A stretch of 64,000 nucleotides of DNA from Mobula birostris (Eukaryota), in contig NC_092398.1 of the NCBI RefSeq assembly GCF_030028105.1, positions 25,125,649 through 25,189,648 on the forward strand, given 5' to 3'. The stretch's first letter is position 1. Each line of letters starts with the position of its first letter. This document shows, one piece after another, positions 25,270 to 37,300 of the stretch. The translations under genes and the position numbers were made by a program. Below the pieces are notes generated by a model. The model was not told the DNA's origin. It searched no databases and saw only the letters and a list, made by a program, of their open reading frames with translations.

Positions 25270-26290
25270 GACAGCAAAAAGGTGCCACTCCTCCAGAGCC
25301 ACCTCTCCCTCCCACCGTAAAACTCCAATAGTTGGGATTTGGTGGTGGTGCTGCTGACCTTTCACCCCCACTCTCGGCACCCTCCTTTTCCTCAGCTTGA
25401 TGCCCACGTCCCCACCCGCCTCTTCACCCAAACCCCTCCTTGCCATCGAAGTGCCCTTCCCTCAACACCTGTCCCCACAGACATCTCTCCTCACCGTCCA
25501 CACCCAACTCTCCACCCACCCCCTCTCTCCCTACCCACCCTCGGTGACTACTTCCCTCCCTCTCCAAACATCCTTGGCAGTCCCTCCCCACCCACTCACC
25601 CATGGCCCCCTCCCCTCTCAATCTCCATGCCCTCTATCCTCCCCACTCTCTGCACTCCCACAACTCCACTCCTCAGCCTTCCATCCCACCCTTAGCACCC
25701 CTTTCCCTCCCCACACACCTTTGGCACCCTAATTCCTTTCCCACACAACCATCCCCAATGACCCCTCCCCTTCTGCCATCCCCTCAACGATACTCAATCC
25801 ACTCCTTTCCCTCCCTACTTGCTCTCTCACAGTGCGTCCTTCCCTTCCCATGCCCATTCGATGCCCTCTCCCCTCTCCTTTGGAACCCCCTGCCCTCCCA
25901 TGGTGCCTACTCCACTACTCTCCATTGGCACTCCCTCCTCCCCACCCTCCATTGGCACCCTTCCCCTCAGCTCTCTACCCTCCTTTGGTGCTCACTCCCC
26001 ACCCTGCCTCAATGTCACTCCCCTGTCCTCCCCATCCTCCATCGGTGCCCATTCCCCTCCCCTCTTAACTTTCCCTCAGTTCTCCTCCCCACCCTCCCTT
26101 GGTGCTACTCTCTCCACCTTCCTTCAGCGAGGTCTCCCTTTCCCTCCTGACCTTTACCCTCCCCTCCCTCCCTAGTTGCCCTCTTCCCTCTCTTGCCCAC
26201 CCTCCCTCAGTGTCCCCACCCCCCTCTACCTCCCTACGCTCCATCGGTGCCCCCTCCCCCGGCGCCTCCCATCCCTGGGGCGCTGCGCTC
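25270..26290. repeat. C-rich low-complexity tract (G-rich on the sense strand) filling intron 1
   Basis: Dense CCCT/CCAC runs. All ORFs here are Pro/Ser/Leu compositional artefacts. Confidence 0.85.
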
Positions 26291-26620
26291 CTCACCCAGG
26301 GCAATGGAGCCGTTGTGGAGGAGGAGGAGGAGGAAGGCGGCGAGCAGAGAGGGAGAGCGGCGTCGCCTCACGCCGGCCGGCGGCTCCTGAGACAGCGGGA
26401 GGAGCAGCTGGCTCACGGTTCGCGGAGACGGCATCATTCCCCACATCCCTTCCGCCGAAGGCTGAGGACCTCGTCACACAGCCGCTACGCACGAAACCGA
26501 TCGCCAGCCGGCAGGTCCCGTAACGGGAGGCGATCGATGTAGAAGTTTCCCCGACTGAGTGGGCGGCCGCTGCCACAGACAGGCGGGGCGAGGCGGGAGG
26601 GAAGGCCTTTTGTTTCAACT
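26260..26620. promoter_or_regulatory. CpG island / promoter of the minus-strand gene
   Basis: CpG-dense against a CpG-poor background, with GC boxes (GGCGGGGC) upstream of the leader ATG. Confidence 0.7.
26296..26437 (-). CDS. Leader (signal peptide) exon 1 of the MHC-like gene
   Basis: MMPSPRTVSQLLLPLSQEPPAGVRRRRSPSLLAAFLLLLLHNGSIAL-G, phase-1 donor CTGG|GTGAGG, within a CpG island. The exact start codon is uncertain. Confidence 0.8.
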
Positions 26621-26704
26621 TGGCGCTTTATTGTCAATGAGACTCAACAACACACGACGAAAGGTGATTGGGATACCGGCTGAGAGGAGCGTGGATGGGG
26701 TCGG

Positions 26705-27135
26705 GTAATAACAGGTGAGGGGGTGGTAGGTGTGTGGGTGGGACACCAGGTGAGGGGGGAGGTAGGTGTGTGGGTGAGATACCAGGTGAGGGGGAGGTAG
26801 GTGTGTGGGTGGGGCACCAGGTGAGGGGGAGGTAGGTTGGTGGGTGGGACACCAGGTGAGGGGGAGGTAGGTGGGACACCAGGTGTGGAGGAGGTATGTT
26901 TGTGGGTGGTACACCAGGTGAGGGGGGAGGTAGATGGGACACCAGGTGAGGGGGAGGTAGATGTATGGGTGGGATACCAGGGGAGGGGGAGGTAGGTTGG
27001 TGGGTGGGATACCAAGTGAGGGGGAGGTAGGTGTGTGGGTGGGATACCAGGTGAGCAGGAGGTAGGTGTGTGGGTGGGATACCAGGTGAGCAGGAGGTAG
27101 GTGTGTGGGTGGGACACCAGCTGAGGGTGGGATTC
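26705..27135. repeat. 36-bp G-rich minisatellite (about 12 degenerate copies)
   Basis: Unit ACCAGGTGAGGGGGGAGGTAGGTGTGTGGGTGGGAC, with shorter variants. Confidence 0.9.
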
Positions 27136-28769
27136 CAGGTGAGAAGGGAGGTGGGCGGGTGTAATACCAGGCGAGGGGAAGGTGGAATGAGGGGAAAGCA
27201 GGTGAGGGGGAAGATGGGTGGATGGGATACCAGTTGAGCAATAAGGTGGGTGATAGGGGGAGGGAGTATACCAGATGAGAGGGACTGTGTTTGTGTGTGT
27301 GTGTGATGTGTGTGTGGAGGGGGGCTACCAGGTAAGAGGGGATAGCAGGTGTTTGGATGGTAGACAGGTGGGTAGTGGATGGGGATATGCCAGATGAAGG
27401 GGAAGGTGTGAGTTTGCTCCATTTTCCATTCCTATCAGATTCCTTCTTCTTCAGCCTTAACCTCTTCCACCAATCACCTTCCAGCTTCTTATCCCAAAAC
27501 CTCAACCCATCCCACCCACCTTCCCCCTCTTCTGGTCTCACCTATCACCTGCAAGCATGTACACCTTCCCCTCCTCCCACCTTCTTATTCTGGCTTCTCC
27601 CCACCCCCCCCCCACCTTCCTTTCCAGTCCTGATGAAGGTTCTCGGTGTGAGACATTGATTGTCCATTTCCCTCTCTAGACATTGCCTGACCTGATGGGT
27701 TCCTCCGGCAGTTTGTGTGTCTTACATTTATGTAGCATCTTTGAAGAGATTCCGTGTCAATTAAATGTGTCATCAAACGCTCAGGAAGCCGGTGGCACCT
27801 AATGGCGATTCCTTTGCTTGCATCTTCGGAAACAGCTCTATTTCTTTCTTTTTTCCCTTTTCGGGGTTCTTTTGAAGATCCTGACCTGGAGTGACACGCT
27901 AACTTCGGTTCTTTGCGGGATTGGGACCCGCTCTTGGGGTCTCAGGACTGGCTGCTTTTTGATATGCCATGGACGCGGCCTGGAAGACTCGCGCACCTTT
28001 GGTGTGCCGGATTCCGGTGGCTCTGGAGGCAGGCGGACTCGAGGTCGGTGCCGGTACCTGGTGTGTTGTGGGAGATGAAAGGACACAGAGCTCAGAAAAA
28101 GCAACGCAGCAGAATTTTAAGACTGTTGTTTATTATACCTCCCCTCTCACTGTGAAATGGGGACATCTTTTTTTCCCTTATTAGGGAGAGAGAGAGAGAG
28201 AGAGAAAGAGCCCGTGGTATGTTGAATACCAGGTGAACGAGTAGTCTTTGGGGTACTGCAAGTCTCTGTCTTTATTGATGCTTTGCTGCACGCTTGAGTT
28301 CTTCATGGGGGGTGCTGATGCTTTTTTACTGGTGGGGGAGAGGGGGGTTGTTGCCTTGCTGCTGCTTATGTGTGGGAGGGGTGAGCTGGGGGTGGGCTTT
28401 GGGGTTCTAATATTTAACCGTCATTTATTCTTTGGGGTACTCCTCTGTTTTCATGGACGTTTGCGAAGAAAGGGAGTTTCAGGGTATATATTGTATACAT
28501 TCCTCTGACATTCAATGCACCTTTGAAATGTGATGTTGAGATGCGAATGGCAAAAGATGCAAAGGTCAACAGATGTTTGAAGGAAGAGGTAACTAAGCTA
28601 CTGAGAGGAGCAGAGAGGTGCAGGTATTACAGGTGATAATTCTTAAGAGCTGCCGACAATGGACTGGGTGGCGTAAGAAACCAGGGATGACATGACTACC
28701 TTCTCTGGAATCTCACTAGGCTGTGGCCTCAGCCTCCTTCTCTGTTTCTTGTACACTCACAACTGTGCG

Positions 28770-30350
28770 GCCACAGTCTGTGCTAACTCCATCTACAAGT
28801 TTGAGGAAGACACCATTGTAGTGGGCAGAACCTCAAAAAGCAGTGAGGGGAAGGAGAGGAAGATACAAGAGAGCCTAGTGGCATGGAGTCGTGACGACAG
28901 CCTCTCCCTGACTGTCAGCAGAACAAAAGGCTTTGTCAGTAACATTAGGAAAGAGGCACATGTTCTTGTTTCCATCTTTGGTACTGAGGCTCAGAGGGTT
29001 AAGAGCTTCTTGTTCCTAGGTGTGAACATCACTAATGTTCTATCCTTGTCCAACCACCTAAACACCAAGGCCAAGAGCACTCGCTAATGCCTCTATTTCC
29101 TCAGGAGGCTAAAGAAATCTAGCATGTCCCTTTTGACCCTCTCAGAGGGTCGTCACCTTATCATGGTGGGGAGGCTCGTGAGTTCCTGAGAGTGATGCCG
29201 CCTGGAGCATAGGCCCTGGTAGGGTCACGCACGGTGGTAAGGTTAACGGAGAAGTTCCAGACAAAGAGCGATGCAACTAAGACCTCAGTTGTAGGGCTGG
29301 CGGAAGATAATGACACATCACAATGACAGTGAGAGCCGGACGGCTGTAGCAGTGACAGGTCTCCAGTCGCCTTGCACTCCATGCCACTAGACCCTGTCCT
29401 GAATCTGTCAATGACTGCGCATCAGCATCTTCACGTCGAACAATGCCACGCATAGCTGTTCTCCATTAAGGGAATAACCCCTTTGGAGAGTGTCATACCC
29501 GACTCGAGTGACCGTTCTACCCTCATATGCAGCGGCACCAGAGAATGCCATCATGGTTTGATGGGGTAACGGCTCTGCACGTGACTGCATGAAACTGTAG
29601 AGCTGCGGACACAATTCAGCACATCGCGGAAAGCGGCTTCTCCTCCATACACTGCTCGCTGCTTCAGCAAAACAGCCAACATAACCAAGGACCCCAGCCA
29701 CCCCAGACATTCTCTCTTCTCCCCTCTCCATTGGGCAAAAGCCTGAATGCATGCAGTACCGGGCTCAAGGACAGATTCCATCCTGGTTATAAGACCATTG
29801 AATGGCCCTCTAGTCAGATGAGGTGGAATCTGGACCTCATAATCTCTCTGGTTGTTGCCTGCGCTGTGCTTCCCTGTTACTGGAAGACCCTACTCTTCAT
29901 TGTATAATTGCTTTCCCCTTGTCCATCTCAGTGTGCTGATGTGATAAATGATTTGCCGGTGTGGCATGCAAAAACCAAAATTCCCCACTGCTTTCAAGAT
30001 GTTTGAGGCCATCTTCAAAAGGCAATGCCTGAAAAGGGGGGCATCCGTCATTAAGGACCCCCATCACCCAGGATGTACCCTCTTCTCATTGCTACCATCG
30101 GAGAGGAGGTACACGGATCTGAAGGCACACGCTCAATGTTTTAGGAACAGCTTCTTCTCCCCCTCCACCACATTTCCAAATGGTCCGTTACCTCATGAGT
30201 ACTATTTTGCTCCCTTTTCTCTCTACTTATTTATTTTTAATATATTGTAATTTATATATTGTAATCTATAGCATTTTTTATGCATTGCAATATTCTGCTG
30301 TTGCAAAACAATCGCTTTCACGACACATGTCAGTGATAATAAACCTGATT
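28770..30350 (+). mobile_element. Rex1/Babar-type fragments in both orientations with an RTE-type 5' UTR-like insert (about 29140-29510)
   Basis: YKFEEDTIVVG, VKSFLFLGVNIT, IKDPHHPG...FRNSFF. The insert starts CGTCACCTTATCATGGTGGGGAGG, which resembles RTE/Rex3 heads. Confidence 0.65.
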
Positions 30351-32123
30351 TTGTGCTTTGGGTCACATGACAATTTCAGTGTGGTAGAAACATGGACAAG
30401 CCACACAACATATTGCACATGTTTCCAGTGAATGCTTGATATTCACTCGGGGCCACTTTATTAGGTACTTTAATGCAAATATCTAATCAACCCATCATTT
30501 GACAGCAACTCAATGCATATGATTTTGTTCAGACCAAACATCAGAATGGGGGAAGAAATGTGATCTAAGTGACTTTGACTGTTGGTGCCAGATGGGGTGG
30601 TTTGAGTATCTCAGAAACTGCTGATCGCCTGGGATTTTCACATACAGGTCTCCAGAGTTTACAAAAACTGGTAGGAGGAACAAAAGTGGAGCGGCAGACC
30701 TGTGGGTGAAAACAATTTGTTAATGAGAGAGGTCAGAGGAGAACGGCCAGGCTGGTTCATACTGACAGGAAGACAACAGTGAGTCAAATAACCACACATT
30801 AAAACAGCAGTGTGCAAAAGAGCATCTTGAATGCACAGCATGTGGACCTTGAAGTTTGTACGTTTTCCCCATGACCATGTGGGTTTCCTCTGGGTGCTCT
30901 GGTTTCCTCCCACAGCCCCCAGATGTACTGGTTGGTAGGTTAACTGGTCTTTGTAAATTGTCCTGTGATTAGGCTAGCATTAAAATGGGGTTTCTGGAAT
31001 GTGCAGCTCAAAAGAGAAGGGCCTACTCTTAAATATTTATCACTAAATAAACAATAAACCTACACTTAACAATAATCAACCAATTTACCAATTTCGAAGT
31101 GGAAGAAGGATGGCAAGCCACACTATATATTACATAAATTTCCAATTCCATCCTCCATAAATTTGTATATTTAAATTCTGTGCATTCTTTGGTCTCAGAT
31201 GAGGAACTTAACTCAGCTTCGAGGAAGTTTCACATGGAAGCTCCTGTGTTAGCTCTGTGCCCAAGACACTAAATTACATTCTGCAGCACACTGAAATGCA
31301 CTGAACCTGACCTGGGGGATTTCTCAAGATAGTGTTCCTTTGTTCAACCAGGAAGTGGTCTCATTTAAATATCCTTACAACCAATTAGTCCGGATTATCC
31401 ACGTAACAATAATTCTTTGAGCAGAGAGTGGCAGTTAACTCAATAAAATCTGGTTTCTTTTCATATGTCCCTTGTTCAAGGTTCAAAGTAGATGTATTAT
31501 TAAAGTACGTATATGTCACCATACAGAACTCTGAGATTCATTTCCTTGTGGGCATACGTACATAGTAAATCCAATGTGTCACCAGTGTTCCGGATTCTTC
31601 TCTGAGAACCCATGAGTACAAAATTTAACTGTAGAAAAGTAGCATCACATACTTTCGTACATTTGGGAGGGTATCCCCCAAAAGTTTATAAAACTGGAAA
31701 AATGGGAGCCCTATAAGGGTCTTGGCCCAAAACATCAACTCTTATTACTGTAGCCCCTGAGTTCTTCTGGCATTTTGTGTGTGTTACTCAAAAGTGGAAA
31801 ATACTGGATTTTCCTCTGGCCAGGCTAAGTGATTCGGTGTGACTCTGGTCTGACGTCCTGGGTAAAACACTAAGCAGAGAAAAGATTATGAGATGACTCA
31901 TGCATGAATATTATGCATAACAGGAAGGGTGAAATGCAACAGATTTAAATAAAGTAGGAGGAACATCTACTGAACTTCATTTGGAAGAGCCTTTCTGCCC
32001 CAGTGTTTCATGTGGTTTGGATTGGGTATTTCAAAGTTCAGATTTCAAAGTAAAGCTCACTATCAGAGTACACACATGTCACCGTATACAACTCTGAGAT
32101 TCTTTATCTGTGGGCATACTTCA

Positions 32124-32265
32124 CTCTAACAGTCGTGAGAATACGGTGAGCTCGGATGCCAATTTCATTAGACTGCAGCTTGCAAGTATTTAGTGCGGGC
32201 GGGGCGCTCGAAAATGTGTGGCCCGTAGCATATGCTACTTTTGCTAGTAGGTTAATCCAGCCCTG
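32124..32265. mobile_element. Right end of a hAT element (duplicate of 50544-50685)
   Basis: TIR TTAATCCAGCCCTG followed by TGTGCATT, matching the target-site duplication of the element at 46854-50685. Confidence 0.8.
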
Positions 32266-32534
32266 TGTGCATTCTCTCGTTAGAAACTCTCCTGAACAAA
32301 TTTGATAAACTCTATCCCATCTCATCCTTTTACAGTATGGGAGTCCCAGTCAATATGTGCAAAGTTAAAACTATCTATATTATGTTTCTTGCAATAGCCT
32401 GTGATCTCTCTACAGATTTGTTCCTCTGCATCCCTCGGACTGTTGGGTGGTCTGTAATATAGTCCCATTATCGTGGTCATACCTTTCTTATTTCTCAGTT
32501 CCACCCACAACACCTCGCTAGATGAGTTCTCCAG

Positions 32535-32846
32535 TGAAGCCAATCCCGAGACCCGGCGAGCCGGCACCTGCCAGAGACTGCGCATGCGCTCGTCATCCGG
32601 CCGCCCGCCGCTGATTGGCTGCCGCGGCTTCCCGCCAGAGACACTCCCCGCCCTCTCTCCGGCACGTGACTCCGCCAGCGGCCGGGCCGCTTCTTCACTC
32701 TCTTCGGCGTTGCCAGAAGCGGAGGAGCGAGGCCGGGGCTGGGACTAGGGCGGTACGTTGGGCGGGGAGAATGGCGGGGGCGTCGCCTCCTCCTGCCTCC
32801 TGCATCTTACCTCCAGCCGCTCTTTGCTTTTGGCACAGTCGCAACC
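32535..32846 (+). promoter_or_regulatory. CpG-island promoter with CCAAT/Y box, X2-like CGTCATC, NRF1 palindrome, E-box and GC boxes
   Basis: CCAAT near 32540, TGCGCATGCGC 32579-32589, CGTCATC 32591-32597, CTGATTGG 32611-32618, CACGTGAC, GGGCGGGG. Confidence 0.7.
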
Positions 32847-32922
32847 ATGGGTCGATATGGCGCCGCCTGTGCGCTCCTCCTGCTCCTCGTCGCTCGTTCG
32901 GGAACTGACAGCTCGGCGGCCG
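32847..32922 (+). CDS. Signal-peptide exon 1 of a plus-strand gene (candidate MHC W-category alpha-chain partner; downstream exons not found)
   Basis: Strong Kozak context GCAACCATGG, MGRYGAACALLLLLVARSGTDSSAA-G, phase-1 donor G|GTGAGT. Identity is inferred only from position and exon phase. Confidence 0.75.
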
Positions 32923-34313
32923 GTGAGTTGATTTCTGTCGCGGGGATCACCGCTCTTGCTGCAGACTGTGGGATCTTGTGGAGTTTACCGGACTTTTCTA
33001 CCTTCTTCCCAATGGGAGGTGTGTGTGGCATCTCTAAGGGGCATAAATTGGGTGAAGGCAGATAGCCCTTTTTTCCAGTATAGGGAATTCAAGAACTAGA
33101 GGACAAAGGTTTACGTAAGAGGGGAGAGATGTAATAGGAACCTGAGGGACTGCTTTTCCACAGAAAATGTGGTTCATATCTGGAACCAGCTGCCAGAGTT
33201 TAGGATGGAATGGTTGAGGCAGATATATTAACAATGTTGAAAATACGTCTGGACAGCTACATAGGCATAAGGCACATGAGCAGAATTAGGCCATTCAGTC
33301 CATCGAGACTGTTCCACCATCTATTATTAGCTCTGTTATTTTCTCAACCCCATTCTCCTGTTTCCTCCCATAACATTTGATGCCCTTTCTGACGAAGAAT
33401 CTATCAATCTCTGCTTTAAATATACACAATGACTATGCCACCACATCCAACTGTGGCAATGCATTCCATCAGCTGCAACATGTTCCAGCAAAAGAAATTT
33501 CTCCTCACCTCTGACTTAAAGCCTCCTATTCTGAGGTTGTGACCCCTGGTGCTATTGGAAACTCTCTCTCCACGGCCACTCTATCCTGGCCTTTCGATAT
33601 TCCATAGATTTCAATGAGAATCCCCACCCCAATTCCATAGGTTTCAATGAGAATCCCCACCCCAATTGAAAAGGAGGAGGTGATTGCTCTCTTGAGGCAA
33701 ATTAAAGTGGATAAATCCCCAGGACCTGACAGGGTGGTCCCTCGGACCTTGAAGGAGACTAGTGTTGAAATTGCAGGGGCCCTGGCAGATGTATTTAAAA
33801 TGTCGGTGTCTACGGGTGAGGTGCCAGAAGATTGGAGAGTGGCTCATGTTGTTCCGTTGTTTAAAAAAGGATCGAAAATTAGTCCGGGAAATTATAGGCC
33901 AGTAAATTTGACGTTGGTAGTGGGTAAGTTATTGGAGGGAGTACTAAGAGACAGAATCTACAAGCATTTGGATAGACAGGGACTTATTAGGGAGAGTCAA
34001 CATGGCTTTGTACATGGTAGGTCATGTTTGACCAATCTATTGGTGTTTTTTGAGGAGGTTACCAGGAAAGTGGATGAAGGGAAGGCAGTAGATGTTGTCT
34101 ACATGAACTTGAGTAAGGCCTTTGACAAGGTCCCGCATGGGAGATTAGTTAGGAAAATTCAGTCGCTAGGTATACATGGAGAGGTGGTAAATTGGATTAG
34201 ACATTGTCTCAATGGAAGAAGCCAAAGAGTGGTAGTAGAGAATTGCTTCTCAGAGTGGAGGCCTGTGACTAGTGGTGTGCCACAGGGATCAGTGCTGGGT
34301 CCATTGTTGTTTG

Positions 34314-37300
34314 TGTTACGTACCCCGTAACTGGGTTGCCAATCCAGAAGAAATGGACCACTTAGTTGGAGTCTGGATAACTGGAACTAAGAAAGTTTTA
34401 TTAAAGAAATAAGTAACACAGTACTCTAATCGTAAGGATATAACTGCAACGGGTTAGCAATGATAAAACACACATGTACACAGAACTAGAATAATAGGAA
34501 TCAATCAAGCTCTATCGCAGTCTAGGGGTAAAATGATGAGTCTCAAGTGACGCAGAGCTCAGTTCAACTTAGTACAGTTCGCAGTAATCGCTGTTGTGCC
34601 GTTGGAGAGAGAGCGCGAATGATGATATGCAAATCGAATTCAGACAGACCTTGATGTTCCTCCGCAGTTAGCTTTTGGACTTTTTAATGTCTTCTGAGGT
34701 CACCGACTGTGACCCCTCTGTTCCGAATACGATCGTTCTTCCGCAGTGAACCCGGCACCCAGGCAAGGGCGGACACACACACCAGGTTCCCGCTGATCGT
34801 ACCTTTTCACCCTGTGCGTCTATGGTCAGACCCGCGACCAGACCTCCAAAACTCCCACCAACTTGGGGCACAGCGCATTTCCAGGGTCTCGTTATCTCGT
34901 GATCTCGTGGTGTCTGTCTTGCCTTAGCAAACCTGTTCCTTTTATCCCCCTGCTGGGGTATCGCCTGTCCATCAAACTTCAAACAGTTCAGGTTCAAAGC
35001 AACCCATCTGACAATACTCGGAACTGTGTCTCTCTTCGTTAATCTCTCTCGTCTCTCATTAACATTTCCGAATGCTGCTCCATTGGCTCACCTATCACTC
35101 TCATTAGCATCAATCTTCTGATAACTTGGTCTTTTGTCACGCCCCTATCCTTCAAAGGATTTTTACCGGGGTAAAAATTATAGGCATGAATACATTATTA
35201 GATACACACAAATATACATGGTCATCAATTATTTGGCTAATACAGAGAACTTTAAGTTGTCAACACCTTGACAGACAGTCAGCAATCACATTTTCCGTTC
35301 CTTTTATATGTTTTATTTTTATATCAAATTCCTGTAGCACCAGGCTCCAATTTAGCAATCTTTTGTTTTTATTTTTCATAGTGGCCAAAAACACTAATGG
35401 GTTGTGATCAGTGTAAATGACCAGTGGTTTCTGTGCCAGGCAAATATAAACCTCAAAATGTTGTAATGCTAGTATGATGGCCAGTAACTCTTTCTCCACA
35501 GTGGAAAAATTTCTCTGATGGATATTAAATTTCTTAGAAAAATAAGCGACTGGGTGATCAATCCCCCTCCTTGTCTGTCTGCAACAGCACCGCCCCGGCT
35601 GCTTCGTCGCTAGCATCTGTTGCTAGGGAGAAGGGTTTCGAAAAGTCAGGCGCATTCAGCACAGGATAGTGACACAAAATCGCCTTCAGACTCTCGAAGG
35701 CTTGTTGAGACAAAGGTCGTCCCACACAAACTTCGCATTCTTTGGCAAGAGCTTAGTAAGAGGGAGGGTAATATCCGCAAAGTTTTTGCAAAACTTCCTA
35801 TAGTACCCCACCATCCCCAAGAACCTTCTCAGGGCTCTCTTGTCTGTCGGGGTGGGGACTTCCGAGATAGCCCGCACCTTAGCCTGCATCGGAGCCAGCT
35901 GCCCCTGTCCTACCACAAATCCCAGATAAGTGACCTTTGCATGGCCGAACTCACTTTTTGCGAGGTTTACTGTCAGGTTGGCTTCGGACAGCCGTTTAAA
36001 CAGCTCCTCTACTGCCACAATGTGCTCCTCCCACGTGTCACTCCAGACTACTAAATCATCAATATACGCTTCTGTGTTCCTTAATCCCTTTATCCCTGAA
36101 TTAATCATCCTCTGGAAGGTCCCTGGGGCAGTTTTCATGCCAAAAGGTAAAACATTATACTCATATAACCCGGATGGAGTGACAAATGCTGAGATTTCTC
36201 TAGCCCGGTCGGTTAAAGGAACACACCAGTACCCTTTCAGCAAATTGATCTTTGTGATGTACTTAGCTCTCCCCACTTTATCGATTTTCTGTAATCTGTA
36301 CAGAATCGGATGCTCCCATCGACTTTCGGGACAACCACACGGGGACGCCCATTCCGACTTGGATGGCCTAATAATATCTGTGGCTAGCATGTGCTCAATT
36401 TCTTTCTCCACTAGCTTGCCCTTCTCCAAGTTCATCCTACGGGGGTGTTGTTTAATAGGCTGGTCTGAGGTGACAACAACATCATGCACCGTCCCTTTGC
36501 ATCGCCTCGGGACATACATCGGCGTGCCGGTTAATTAGCTTTATCAATGGCCCGCTCCGTTCGGGGGTTAGGTGAGAGACCTTATCAGCCAAATTAGCCA
36601 GAACAATAGAGTTCTCCAATCAGGTCGGGACCATATTTATTTTTTCAAAATGGGTTTTCCCCCTATCATTCGACACCCCAGTCTCATTAATTTTCGTGAT
36701 AACACCAACTAGATCTGCTTTCTGATCGTGGTAAATTTTAACATGTTAATGTGTACTAACTGTGTGGGTTTACGCCTGTCCGGTGTTTTGATAACATAAT
36801 TCAAAGGGTCTATCTTTTTAATTACCTTGTACGGACCATGGAATCTCGCCTGGAGGGGGTTGGTTACCACTGGGAACAGAACTAAGACCCGATCGCCCAC
36901 TTGGAACACTTGTTCGCGGGCATGCCTATCATACCATTGTTTCATTTTAGTTTGGGAGTGTCGCAGATTTTCTTTGGCAAGGTCACAGATCCTTTCAAGC
37001 CTGTCACGAAATTTTAAAACATAATCAATCACATTAACTTGGACTGCTGAACTGGACCATTGCTCTTTCAGTAAGGTCAGGGGTCCTCTGGGCCGATGAC
37101 CGAAGACGAGCTCAAATGGGCTGAACCCCAATGACTCTTGAACCGTGTCCCTCACAGCAAATAACGAGAGGGGCAAAGCATCATCCCAGCCCCTAGCGTT
37201 CTCTTGACAGTAAATTTTAATCATTGTCTTTAATGTGGCGTGGAATCGTTCCAACGCCCCTTGGGACTCTGGGTGGTATGCGGAGGCCAAAATCTGCTTT

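Larger units (their letters stand above)
12407..26437 (-). pseudogene. MHC gene with class II-type architecture and class I-type residues (W-category beta chain, WB-like); frameshifted in this assembly
   Basis: Three phase-1 exons in order: leader 26437-26296, distal domain 25141-24885 (257 nt, -1 frameshift), Ig-C1 12688-12407. The 1154-bp intron 1 is low-complexity with no recognisable second distal exon. No TM exon was found. Confidence 0.7.

Noticed and set aside
12407-26437. Classical MHC class I heavy chain or classical class II beta call
   Set aside because: Only one distal exon was found (against class I). The NGDW Trp and the beta1 disulfide are absent while class I interface residues are present (against classical class II beta). 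A phylogeny is still needed.
25339-26542. Many Pro/Ser/Leu-rich ORFs on the plus strand
   Set aside because: They come from the low-complexity C-rich intron and the CpG island; no domain motifs or splice structure.
26615-27541. Long His/Pro/Thr-rich ORFs (308, 262 and 157 aa)
   Set aside because: They are translations of the 36-bp minisatellite; its unit length is a multiple of 3, which keeps frames open.
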